Positions 12,700-24,800 of a stretch of 60,233 nt of DNA are shown here, in pieces. Position 1 is the first letter of the stretch; each line of letters opens with the position of its first letter. The stretch lies in assembly GCA_030264375.1 (NCBI GenBank), contig JASCQW010000139.1:17589996-17650228 (forward strand), read 5' to 3'. Below the pieces are notes generated by a model that was given only the letters and a program-made list of their open reading frames with translations, ran no database searches and was not told the DNA's origin. Position numbers and translations under genes: made by a program. The DNA comes from Carcharhinus longimanus. Taxonomy: Eukaryota.

Positions 12700-14420
12700 G
12701 TAGACTATAAAGTCTCTCACGCTTGCTCTGCTTTCAGAATGGTCTTTTGATTTCAAGAAAAAAAATTATGCTCCATCTTAGTCATGGAGCATCCATAATC
12801 CTCCACTGTAGAGATTCCAAAGATTGACAACTGATTGAAGAACCTTCTCTCCAATTTGGTCCCAAATGATCATCCCTTTATTTTGAAACTATGCTCAGTA
12901 TTCTAGATTCCCCATCCAGTGGAAACAACCTTTCACTGCCTATCCTGTCAAGTCCTTTCAGAATCTTGTACATTATAGCACATCATAGAACAACCTTCTC
13001 ATCCCAGAATCTTGTGCCTCTAATGCCCCATGCCTCCCTGATCAATTTAAGGCATATCCTTCTTAAATATAGAAATTAAAATTGTGTACAGGAGCTCCAG
13101 ATGTGGTCTCCGACCTACACAATTGTAGCACATACTCCCTTTTACATGTACTCCAGTCCCCTTGGCAATAAAGGCAACATATCCTTCCCCATACTAATTT
13201 CTTGCTGTACCTGCATGCTAACTTTGTACTCCTAGCACAAACCCACCCATGGATATACAAGTTTCACACCTTTTTAAATAAATATTCTGTTTTCTTTTTA
13301 TTCTTACAACTGAAGTGAACAACTTTACACTTCTCCACATTATACTCCAGCTGCCAAATTGCTGCTTAATCACTTGACCTGGCAAGATCTCTTTACAATC
13401 TTTGTGCCCTCCTTATAGCTTACATTCTCACCAGTTTTATGTCATCAGCAAATTTGCTTACATTACACTGGGTTTCCTCACCCAAGTCAATAATATAGAT
13501 TGCAAATAGCTAAGGCCACAGCACTGATCCTTGCTGCATTCCCACTAATTACAGCCTGCCAATATAAAAATGCACCATTTAACCTCTACTGTGCTACCTC
13601 TATTGGTTTATTTACCAAATAAACCTGTTCGACTTTAACCTGGTGTTGCGAGGCTTCTTATTGTGCTTACCTCAGTCTAATGTTAGTATCTCCACATCAT
13701 GGCTACCTGTCTATTGACCAATCACCCAACCATGCTAATGTATTATCTCCAACTCCATGAGCCTTTATCTTGCCTATAAACCTTTCATTTGACACCTTTG
13801 TTAAATGATTTTTGGAATTCCAAGTAACATTTATTAGCTTCCCTTTATCCACCTGACTAATTATATTTGCAAAAAATCCCAATAAATTTGTCAATTATTT
13901 CCTTCTGCAAAAGCCATGTTGTGTCTGATCATACTTTAATTTCCTAAATGCATTGTTAAACAACAACGGATCCCAGCACTTTCCTGACAAGTGATGCCAG
14001 GCTAATTCACATGTAGATCCCCATTTTCTCTCTCCCACAGAAAATTTATGATTGAGGCGGTCATTCGGCTCACTATATTCATGCCAGTCCAGTTACCCAG
14101 CCTAATTTCACATTCCTGCACTGGATCTGGTGACCTGTGGCCCTCCATTCTTGAATAGCAGTATAGCAGTTTAATGTTCAGTATCTTTCAATCCTCAGAT
14201 TGCTCAGGAATCTGGGAAATTTAGGAAAATCATAACCAACATCTCTACACCTGCCTCTTTTAGTACCCTAGGGTTTAGGCTACTAGATCCTGGGAATTTG
14301 TTAGTTTTTAGTCCTTTAAATTGTTCTAATACTTTTTATCCTTGGATATGAATTACTTGAAGGGTCTTCACTCTTATTATCCTTGGTTACCCTCTATTCT
14401 TATATGGAATTCATATCTTT
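12700..14420 (-). mobile_element. Decayed CR1-type LINE ORF2 (RT region) and 3' UTR
   Basis: Minus strand TNLLGFF...VDKG...KIKAHGVGDNTLAWLGDW; many frameshifts. Confidence 0.75.
13606..13701 (+). mobile_element. Penelope-like terminal mini-insertion nested in CR1
   Basis: Starts with micro-hairpin ggtttattt-acc-aaataaacc, ends tctccacatcatg; flanks gctacctctattg (13593-13605) and gctacctgtctattg (13702-13716). Confidence 0.7.
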
Positions 14421-16819
14421 ACGACAAAACTTGTCCAACCATCTCTGTTGTAAGAGCAACTTCATGTGGATTGCAGCAGCTCATCACCTACAAGCAGTGA
14501 GGCAGACTCAATCATGGCTTTTGAAAGGGAATTGAACATTATCAGAAGAGATGATTTGCAAGATTACAGGGAAGTAGGACCAGCTGAGTAACCCTTAGAG
14601 AACTGGCATGGAGACAATAAACCAAGTGCCTCCTTCTGTGCTGTCTCCATTCTTTGATTCTCAATACTTATATTGAGTACTAACTTTGTCAGCAACTCTT
14701 CCAAGCCATGAATGCATAAAACAAAACACCGTAAGCAGTCAAAAACCTCCAGCCTTCCATACGCAGCTTAAACCGATTACCGAAATATGGTGTTAAAGGA
14801 TGAAGAGAAACAAAATGGCGAAACAAAGATACAGTTATATGAAAACAACACAATGGCAAAAACTATTTGCCTATGAGCAACACCATCTAAGGCTACCCAG
14901 TTTATTCTGTATTTCGTGGCATAGCTTAATTGAAACAGAATTGCCAACTGACCATTTGCAATGCCACTTTTAAAAAAATCCAACTTAAACAAAAAGTCCA
15001 TTCATTCAGCATTTATTTGCTATCCAAGAGACAAGGATTTTCAGATTAACTTCCCTGCAGTTGCAGTACATTGGGGCAATTAGTCATAAATACTGAAAAA
15101 CTGGTCACAAAGCTAGAAGTGGGGGAAGCCTCACATTTGTGGTTCTACACCAGCCTTTTATTTTATATCTGAAACATATGTAACAGGAGCAGCACTGGCC
15201 CATCAAATCATTAAAGATCATGACTGAACTTATGTAGCTCCAACAACATAATGAGTCTATACACATCCTTAGTCTTGGCAGCAGTAAAGGCCATCATGAT
15301 ATAAGTTAGTATTGTATTGTACCGTATCTATTCAGCTTCTGGAAAGACCACCACCTCATACAACAAAAAGAAAGAGTGATTCATTTGATGAATTCAAAAG
15401 GGAATTTGATCAATTTCAAATCTGGCAGATTTAACAAATGGTTTAAGGTTGGATAGTAGAATCTGGTGACAGGCCACGCTGCCCAAGTCACCACTGGTCT
15501 CTCATTGTGACAGCGGATCAATTTGCAGAATTAACTTTCCAGGAAATCCTGTATAATGAATATAAATGGTGACTTCCTACTCTTTGATAGAATTTCAACT
15601 ACAAAACAACTCAGTTCAATTCGATGGACAAACTGCTAATTATCAGTACAGGCACTGCAGCAGAGACCAGAAGGTACAATTACAAGTACAAACTGAATTC
15701 CTAAAATTTATCATAACTGCAAGAAATGGAGTATCTTTAGAACAGATGATGCTGGTAAAAATTGATAGAATTGCTTTAGGTCTCAAATGTACATCAGGAG
15801 AAAGAAAATTGCAAAGCAACTGCAGGACACAATTTTATAGCATGTCCTGAATTTCAGCAAGGTCTTTAAAGGGGTTCTCATTACTGCAATTTATTGTAGG
15901 AAAACAGCATAATGCATTGAAATTTTCAAATGAGCCACGTTGTCATATTGAGTGGTGGCGGAATGGAGAAGAGGAGAGAAAATAACTGGCTAAGGCACCT
16001 ACCTTCATTGTTGATTTTCCTCCTCATTGTTTAAATCTTATCTCAGTAAGTTTAGCCATTGGTATTCAATTTGAATGTAGAATAATCCTGAAAGTGCATA
16101 TCATGCTCATGGCTTTGGCTTTTCAGGGAGTTACAAACCTCAGATCTGTGACTGCATTCCTGAAGCCAACTGCAATTTCAATCACTTGCCACATGGGGGC
16201 TGCAAACATTTGCAGAAATCCAGTCCAGGTCAAAATGCTAAACATTTATCAAAAACTCCACTTGGCCTTGAACGACTAAGTAAACCTGTAATCTCCAAAC
16301 CAAACAATAGACCTATTTGTAGCAGTTTGTACTGAGAACATCAATATAAATTAGACGTAATTAATCCTTGAGCCTGGGACACATAGAACTAACCTGAAAT
16401 TTGACAGAAGTTGCTCTTAAGAGTCCAGCAACTTCAAAGATGGTGTTGTAGCAAGCTTGAGTAATTTATTAATTAATTAAAACACTGGGGTTCGCACCCA
16501 TTAAATGCAGAATTAAAGAGAAACTGGCTCATTGCCCCATAACAAAAAAAATTTTCAACAACTATTTTGTGTGGAAATGCAATTAAATTTCAGATCAGAT
16601 TTGACATGTCTCATTCACCTTTTAATCCAAAATCACGTTGACCTATTGCGATGAGGTGGAAGAAGACAACCTGCACTATTCAGGAACGCGCACAGGAATT
16701 CTCAGTGTCTCCTTCCTACCCAACTACCAGCCCACCGCCCCTTCAATACATACTGCCAAAGTACTGCTGAATGGCCACCTTCTGCACTGTAAAGATTCTG
16801 TGATAATGGCTTCTCTATG

Positions 16820-17442
16820 TATCTTTGATTCGATTTATCACATGTATTAGCATACAATGAGAAGTATTGTTTTTTGTGCACTGTACAGACAAAGTATACC
16901 ATTCATGGAAAAGGAGTGTGTGTAGAATGTAGTGTTACAGTCATAGCTAGGGTGTAGAGAAAGATCAATTTAATGCAAGGTCGGTCCATTCAAAAGTCTG
17001 ATGGCAGCAGGGAAGAGGCTGTTCTTGAATCGGCTGGTACATGACCTCAGACTTTTATATCTTTCCCCTGACAGAAGAAGGTGGAAGACAGTACGCCTGG
17101 GGTGTGTGGGGTCCTCAATTATGCTGGCTGCTTTTCCAAGGCAGTGGGAAGTGTAGACAAAATCAATGAGTGGGAGGCTGCTTTGCGTGATGGATTGGGC
17201 TATATTCATGACCTTTTGTAATTTCTTGCAATTTTGGGCAGAGCAGGAGCCATACCAAGCCAGAAAGAATGCTTTCTTTGGTGCATCTGTAAAAGTTAGA
17301 AAGAGTTGTAGTTGACATGTCAAATTTCCTTAGTGTTTTGAGAAAGTAACTACGTTGGCGGGTTTTCTTATCTATAGCATCTGCATGGGGGAACCAGGGC
17401 AGGTTGTTGGTGATCTGGACACCCAAAAACTTGAAACTCATG
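16820..17442 (-). mobile_element. Rex1/Babar-like LINE 3' fragment
   Basis: FKFLGVQITNNL..W...KKTRQRSYFLKTLRKF and WYGSCSAQNCKKLQKV...IIEDPTHP...RFKNSLFPAAIRLLN, frameshifted; typical Rex1-type C-terminus. Confidence 0.8.
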
Positions 17443-17907
17443 ACACTGCTTTAGTTTTCACTGTGCATCATAAGCTTCAAAGTGATTGAAAGATAAAAAG
17501 GTGCTACATAGATGCAACTATTAAAAAGAAAAACGCTTCTGCTTCTTTACTTCCTCCCCTTTAATAGGAGACCTGCAAACATAGCTCTTTCCCTTTTCCA
17601 AACTACAATCAAAAATCAACTTGATGGTTATATAAACGCTAACACCATACGTAGCTTAACATTACAGGCACCAAACCCACCACTTTGATAAATAGGCAAT
17701 ATACCAATATCATCTTGACACCAATGAGATCACCTTTTCACCACATATTCAAATGATTAAGCTGTGGCTTATGACAATATACCAGATAGCCACAAGCAAA
17801 TCACCTTCAAATGTTCATCTCTGATCCAGGGCCAGTAGTTTTCCATCTATACTGGCCCTGGATGAACAGAACAAACATTAATACCAGAGATATAATTTGG
17901 TATTGGT

Positions 17908-18020
17908 GAAAGCAAAGTACAGCAGATGCTGGAAATCTAAAAATAGCAAAGTGCTGGAAACATTCAGCAGATCTGGCAGTAACTGTGGAGAGGGAAGCAG
18001 AGGTAAGGTTTCAAGTCAAG
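17908..18020 (-). mobile_element. Penelope-like terminal fragment (second family)
   Basis: gcagatgctggaaatct...tgctggaaacattcagcagatctggcag...tgtggagag; reverse complement of the terminus at ~33900-34026. Confidence 0.6.
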
Positions 18021-18094
18021 CTCAAAATTGATAAAAGCTATTGTCCCAGAGCAGTTCTGATTTAGATTGCTTCCCTCAACTGTAAAAAAACTAA

Positions 18095-18315
18095 AAAATT
18101 TGCATTTATATAGCACTCTTCACAATCACAGGACATCCAATTGCATCTTACAGCCAAATAAGAACTTTTTGAAGGGTGGTCACAGTTGACATGTGGCAAG
18201 CAACAGCCCATTTGTGCGCAAGTTTCCACAAACAGCAACAAAATACATTAGCAGATAATCCAGCATTTTTTCCCCCAGTAATTTAGGTTGAGAAACAAGT
18301 ATTGGCTTAGACACA
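18095..18315 (-). mobile_element. Deu-domain-type SINE relic (SacSINE1/AmnSINE-like)
   Basis: ttgcatttatatagcac...cagccaa...ccacaaacagcaa; related relics at ~22530-23075, 33225-33380, 49470-49700, 50405-50620 and 56900-57060. Confidence 0.55.
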
Positions 18316-18799
18316 GTTAAACAAGCTAGAGAAACTCATTTACAAACAAAACGGACCTTAGAAACCAGGGCATGGGACAGGGAGATGCAAAAAGTGCGAG
18401 TTACTGGGGCCCATGATTTGGGGGAAGCAGGCTAAGACAGCATGATCCCTCTCTGAAGCGACCACCTCAATGCCCCAGAGACACACGACCATATCCACAA
18501 GTTGCACTAACTTTGAAACCTGGCCAAGTCAACAGGGTGGTTGTTCTAATTGCCCAACTCCAGAGAGATTAACTGACAGGCAGAGCAGTACCAGTGCACC
18601 TTCTCTCCCCAGGCCTCGGCCAGTCCTTGTGCTGTGATCAGAGCTCACATTTAGCAGCTCAGATGAACAAGATGCAGCACTGCCCTTGGGTCAGTGATGC
18701 AGAAGTGAGTAGGTAAAAGTTGCTTTGCCACCTCCAAATGGATTTACAGGAATAGCAACATGATAGAGATGTAGTTGACTTTAAAATGTCCTCTGAAAT

Positions 18800-20535
18800 A
18801 GATCAAGCCATTCAATTGCATCTAACCCCTGTAAACAAGGAGGAAGGAAACTGGATGGGTTACCTAGCATCAACCTAGAGACTAGTAACACAGCAAATCC
18901 AGCCTTATCGAAATTACTAACATCTGAGGGTTTGTGCCAAAACTGGTAAAGCTGTTCCAGACTAATCAAGCAACAGCCTGATAATCGTTCTCAGGATTAT
19001 AACTTAATAGACAATGTACCAGATACCATTACTACCCACTGACAGGTAAGACCTAGTATTGGTAGCAACAGTTATATACAGTTGGGATGGAATGGCCCTG
19101 GAGTTCTCAACATCGACTCAGGAGGACTCCATTGACATTTCATGGCATCAGGTCAAAGGGCATGGAAGCCTCCTACTTACTACCATCCCTCCCCCTCTAG
19201 CTAATGAACTAGGGAAGGGAGAATTACTTGTCATCACCAATCTACCTGTCGCAGGTACATCTGCTCATAACAATGTTGGTTGGAGTGGCCATCGCACTCT
19301 CCTTGTGAAGACAAAGTGCCATCTGCACATTGAGGATACTCATCATGTTGAATGGCACCACCATTATGCTAAATGGGATAGATTTCAAACAGATCTAGCA
19401 ACTCGAGATTAAGCATTCATGAGGTGTTGAGGACCATCGGCAGCAGCAGACTTATGCTCCAGAATTAGCTGCTCCTTTAGCCAAGTTCTTTCAGCACAGC
19501 TTCAACACTGGCATCTACCCAGCAATGTGGAAAGCTGCCCAAGTGTTTCCTGTCCACAAAAGCAAGCCAATTTCAACCCAGCCAATTAGCACCTCATCAG
19601 TCTACTTGCAATCATGCACAAAGTGAGGTTAGGAGTCCAACAATGCTATCAAGCTGCCTCAGTTTGGGTTCTACCACTGCAGCTTCTGACCACATTACTG
19701 CATTAGTCAAAATGGACAGAAAAGTTGAACTCGGCCACATTTGACTGAGTGTGGCATTAGGGAGCCCAAGCAATACTGAAGTCAATGGAAACCAAGGGGA
19801 ATGCCAAAGCTGGAGTCACACCTCACACAAAGGCTAATCACTGTGGTTGATGGAGGTCAATCATTTCAATGCCAGTACTTGACTATAGAAATCCCACAGG
19901 GTACTGTCCTAGGCCCAACCTTCTTACCTACATTATCAATGACATTCCCTCCAACATAAAGGTCAGATGTGCACATGTTCTCTGATAATCATACAATGTT
20001 TAACACCATTCATGACTCCTAAGGCAATCTGTGCCCATTTGAGACAAGGCCTGAACAAGACCTGCACTAAGTATTAACAATTGCGCATCTAAGTGCCAGT
20101 ATCTAACACGAGAGAACCCAACCATCAACCCCTGGCATATAATGGCATTACCATGACTGAAGCTCTCACTGTCAACATCCTAGGGGTTATTGTTGACTAG
20201 AAACTGAACTGGATAAGTCTTATAAATAGAGACTATGCAAACAGGTCAGAAGCTGGGAATTCTGTGACATATAGCTCATCTCTTGACTCCCCAAAGCGTA
20301 TCCACCATCTATAATGGAATACTTTCCAATTGCCTGGATGAGTACAGCTCCAAAACATTCAAGCTTGACACTATCCAGGAAAAAGTAACCTACTTGATTT
20401 GTACCCCATCCATCAACTTCAACATCCACCACCATCACCACAGTGGCAGCAGCATGCATCATCTACAAAATGCATTGCGACAACTCACCAAGGTTCCTTA
20501 GACAGCACCATCAAAACCTGCAACCTCTACCACTG
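18800..20535 (+). mobile_element. Old, internally deleted non-LTR retrotransposon (CR1/L2 group), endonuclease plus RT relic
   Basis: Decayed PELAAPLAK...NTGIYPAMWKAAQVFPVHK; RT motif EIPQGTVLGPT (~19888-19920); degenerate FADD-like MFSDN (~19975). Confidence 0.75.
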
Positions 20536-21008
20536 AGAAGGGCCTGCATGAAGGTCTTTTGCTACTTTAAAATTTGGAGCTGAAACGAGGAGACTTGCGC
20601 CAATCAAATACATCACTGAGTTTAAGACATTCTCACTTGTACATGGGATTATTGTCCATGTTGCTTGTGTCTGTTGGGTATTGTGGTCTAGACATAGCTT
20701 AGGGCCGGGTTCAAAGAAGCAAAATTGTTTGCATGATATAAATGACCAAGTTGTGTGCAATCGTCTGACAAAGCTGTGGTTGTAAAGTGTATCATAATGA
20801 AAACTGTGCTTTCATGGGCTTTATAAAAGAGCCTTAAGAGTACAAAAGCTATAAAGTTTTGCTGAACCTATATAAAATATGTTGACCCCCATTGTGACCC
20901 TGTTCCAGCGTCATTCCTTTAACAAACTAGTACCAGATTAATATATGGATATAGTTAGAAAAGACTTGTTTATATTTGACATTTGCATCTATTTTGGGCA
21001 CTGGAAAG

Positions 21009-21301
21009 TAGAATTTAAAAAAACCCTACTACAGGAGGATGCTATTCGGCCCATTGAGCCTGCACTAACAATATTCCACCCAGGCCCTAGCCCTTTTACC
21101 CATGCATTTACCCTGCCAGTCTCCCTGACACTAAGGGGCAATTTTAGCATGGCCCATCCACCTGACCTGCACGCATTTGGAGTGTGTGAAAAAACCCACA
21201 CAGACACAGGGAGAACGTGCAAACTCCACACAAATCACCCAAGGTGGGAATTGAATCTGGGTCCCTGGTGCTGTGAAGCAGCACTGCTAACCACTGTGCC
21301 A
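21009..21301 (-). mobile_element. HE1/V-SINE-like SINE with CR1-type tail
   Basis: Minus head ggcacagtggttagcagtgctgcttcacagcaccagggacccagattcaattccc; core ggagtttgcacgttctccctgtgtctgtgtggg. Confidence 0.85.
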
Positions 21302-21359
21302 CTGAGCTCTAATTTCTCATTCCGAAAGCCATTCTAGCAACCTCTTCTGAGCTTCAGGA

Positions 21360-21815
21360 GGGATTGCTAGAATGGCTTCAGGAATGAGAGGTTACAGAGA
21401 AGCTGTGGCTGGTCTCCTTTGAGCTGAGAAGCCCAAGGAGGTTTGACGGTGTGAATGAAATTTTGAAGGATTCAGATAGACTAACTAGAGACTTTTTCCA
21501 AAGGCTGAAGGATTGATAATCAGACAGCCATGATTTAACTTCATTCAATTTGATTGACAAAAGAATTAGAGCTGACACGAAGAAAATCTTTTATTCCAAG
21601 AGTGGTTAGGATTTGGAATGCACTTCCTCCCTGATATTGAGGAGGATACAGGTCCAAATTAGTGTTCAAAAAGAAATTACATAAATAAATGAAGAGGAAA
21701 TAGGGAAAGAACAGGTTGGGGCGAGGGGTGAGGTGCGGTAAGACTCACTGGATTTCTGTTCGAAAGAATAGTTGCAAATTTCAGTTGACTGAATGGCTTC
21801 TTTCTGAACTGCACT
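21360..21815 (+). mobile_element. Decayed CR1-type 3' fragment
   Basis: gagtggttaggatttggaatgcact and 3' UTR gaatggcttctttctgaactg. Confidence 0.6.
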
Positions 21816-24800
21816 ATTGCATTATATAGGATCCGAGGCACATCACAAAATTGCTCAATGGGGTTGAAAGGTGGAGGGGTGTGGTGGTGCAGAATCATCA
21901 GCCCAGAAACAAGAGAAGCAGAAGCCCATGATGTGTCTCCCTGGCCCTGCTAAGTGTCATCCAAACAAAAATTGTACTGATCAAATTCAAGAATGTGTCA
22001 TTTGAATACTCACATCACTGATGCAATTCTGCTTCCACAAGTCAGAGCCAGAAAGCAGAAACAAAAGAGAAGGGAGGGGACTTGCAAAATGGAAACTGCC
22101 TTACGGAGATTGACCTCTGCTGCAGAAACTTAAATTTTGTCTTTACGATCCATGTAAAGACAAGAAAATGGGCCTCAGCTCCACTGTCAAACGTTAAAAT
22201 GCAATCCAACAAAACCTAAAGGTGATTACAATTACTTGGTTATACTTAAAACCACTTTCAGAATGGAGTTTACTTGCTAGAGATGTAGAGGCAAAATACC
22301 CAACCCTTCAACTCAGGTAAGGCTTAGAGGAAAAAAGCAGTGGGGGCTGAGTTCAGCTTTTCCCTCTCTCAACAATGGAACACCATATTCTTGAAAGAAA
22401 ACGATCTTACTGTTACTTTCAGAACATAATAGATCATGGGACAAGTGAAAGTTAACAAATATCAGTTCAGGTTCAAAAATTGGCTAGGTTTTTCATACAG
22501 AAAGAGCAGAAAGAACTTGTATTTCTATGACGACTTTTAAATTGCGGCACTTCCAAAAGTACATTCCAATAGGTTACTTTTGAAATGAAGTTACTCATAA
22601 GCAAATGCTGCAGCCAATTTTCATAGAAAGATTCCACAAACAGCAAATGAACAGCTACATCTTGTTGCAATCTCTCCCAGCTACTGGATAGTATCCAACA
22701 CATTATCTGAACTTAAAGAGAAGGAAAAAGAGTCAAATGGACTCAAAACATTAACTGTTTTCTCTCCCACAGATGCTGCCAGACTTGGAGTTTTTTTTTG
22801 CTTCAGATTCCAGCATCAGCAGTATTTTGCTTATTTCACGGTTTTTTTGTGAAAAGAAGAATGCTCGTTTAGGCATACACTGTTCATATTTGAACAGTGT
22901 CATCAGATTGCTCAGATACATCTTTGATGTAGGTTTAGTGTCATCTCCAAAAAACAGCATCTCTTAAAATGCAGCACACCCTCACCGCTGTGCATATGTG
23001 ATCTTATCTGCCATAGGACTTGGAACAGTTTTCTGCATCAAAGAACATGAGTGCTACAGACTAAACAAAGCTGATGTTTGTGAAAAGTTTAATTTAATTA
23101 CACTACTTGCAACATGCATGTGGATGTCTGAGGAACAATTCTTCTGGTCACAAGTTAAGAATTTGTGCTTTTTGTCACCCATAATAAAGATTGCAAATTT
23201 CTGCTATGTGTGCATAATTAACCAACCAATTTCATAAAATTGCTGCTTAAAATAAAAGCATCCTTAGCATTCACTGAGGATCTTTTACGGGAAGGTACAG
23301 GATTCACTTAATTATTCTGGTTTGAACACATTTCCTTCCTTTTAGATTTCTTGCTTAACTTTGTGTTCCTCAAAAATCGAGAGAATGTCACAATTTCTAC
23401 TACCTTTTGCACTGAGGTCAGCTAAAACTTTGGGCTAAAGATGAGGCAATGTTATATCTATCTTACCCCAACAAGAATCTCCAATCTCAAACAAGTGTCT
23501 TCCTTTGTGCCATTAAGATATCTGTTTTCTCTCACTATCAGTGAAGGTTCCACAAAGGAAATTTCCCATGCAGATTCAAATGCAGAATGAAGCAAATTTC
23601 ACTCAGAACCTTTAACAGCTGCCAAAGAAACTTTCATCCCATCTGTCTAAATGAAATTTGAACCAAGGTCCCAGATGTGAAGAGAACTGCCACGTTACTG
23701 GCACTGCAATGGAGGGAATTAAATTTGATAGCTTTCATTTTGGTTTCATTCTCCTCTGATGTACTCATTATCCACAATAGCCTTTTAAGCATTTTAGAGA
23801 CAGGTTCAAAAAAATGATTCTTCCATTTTTATTGCAAAAATATTATTAGGAATGGTCTGTTGGTGCAGTTATTTGAGCAAGCTAAAAACAGTCAGCCATG
23901 CACAGTCATACTGTTTGCCGTGATCTACCGAACAGCAGTGCAGTTCCAGCCTTGAAAAATGGTGTTTTTTAATCCAAAATGGCTCACCAATGCCTGCTCC
24001 TGAGGGGGGCAATGAATACGGACCAAGTCAGCGACACTGATGAGAATTTACTTTTTTTTTGAAGTGCAGTTGCCTGGCTTTTTGAAGCTCCAGCCCTACT
24101 ATACGAGTGGCGAGGGGCTTTTCCATTTAAATGGATTTTCTCCATGAAAAGTTATGAGTTATTTCTTTATTATTTCATGTGGCTGAAATTCATCTCGTCT
24201 TAATGGTGTGCAGACAATGCCACGGGTGAAAAGATTTATAAAACTAAATAAAAATAATTAGGATACTTCATAGGAAATAATTTTATGTTGAGAATTTACA
24301 GTCGATTTCCTCAAGTCGAACAATTACAATCCACTGACCTTTAGCTTGCATTGCAAGCATATAGAAAATACAGCACAGCAACAGACCACGTGGTCAAATC
24401 AGTCCGTGTCAGCATTCATACTCAAATGCTCTTTTGGAGAGTTGCAGATTTGATGGGCCGAATGGCATTCTTTATACTGTAGGGATTCTATGATTCACTC
24501 CAACTATTGGTTAAAGTAGTTTCTTTTGAATTCCCTATTTGATTTCTTGCTGACTTTCTTGCATTGATGACACTTAGTTTTGCTCTTTCCCAAAAGTAGA
24601 CATACTGCCTACTCCATCAAATCCTTTTGCAATTATGAAGTCCTTCACTAAGTCCAAAAGATGTCCAAAGATGTGTAGGTTAGGTGGATTGGCCATGGTA
24701 ATGCGGAATCATGGGACAGGGTATGGGGGCTGCGTAAAATGCTCTTTTGGAGAATTGGCACAGACCTGATGGGCCAAATGGCTTTCTTCTGCACTAAGGA

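Noticed and set aside
16970-17323. Host gene fragment (ALKBH8-N/DUF1891-like)
   Set aside because: Frameshifted, and continuous with RT C-terminal motifs and a LINE tail, so it is a Rex1-like retrotransposon.
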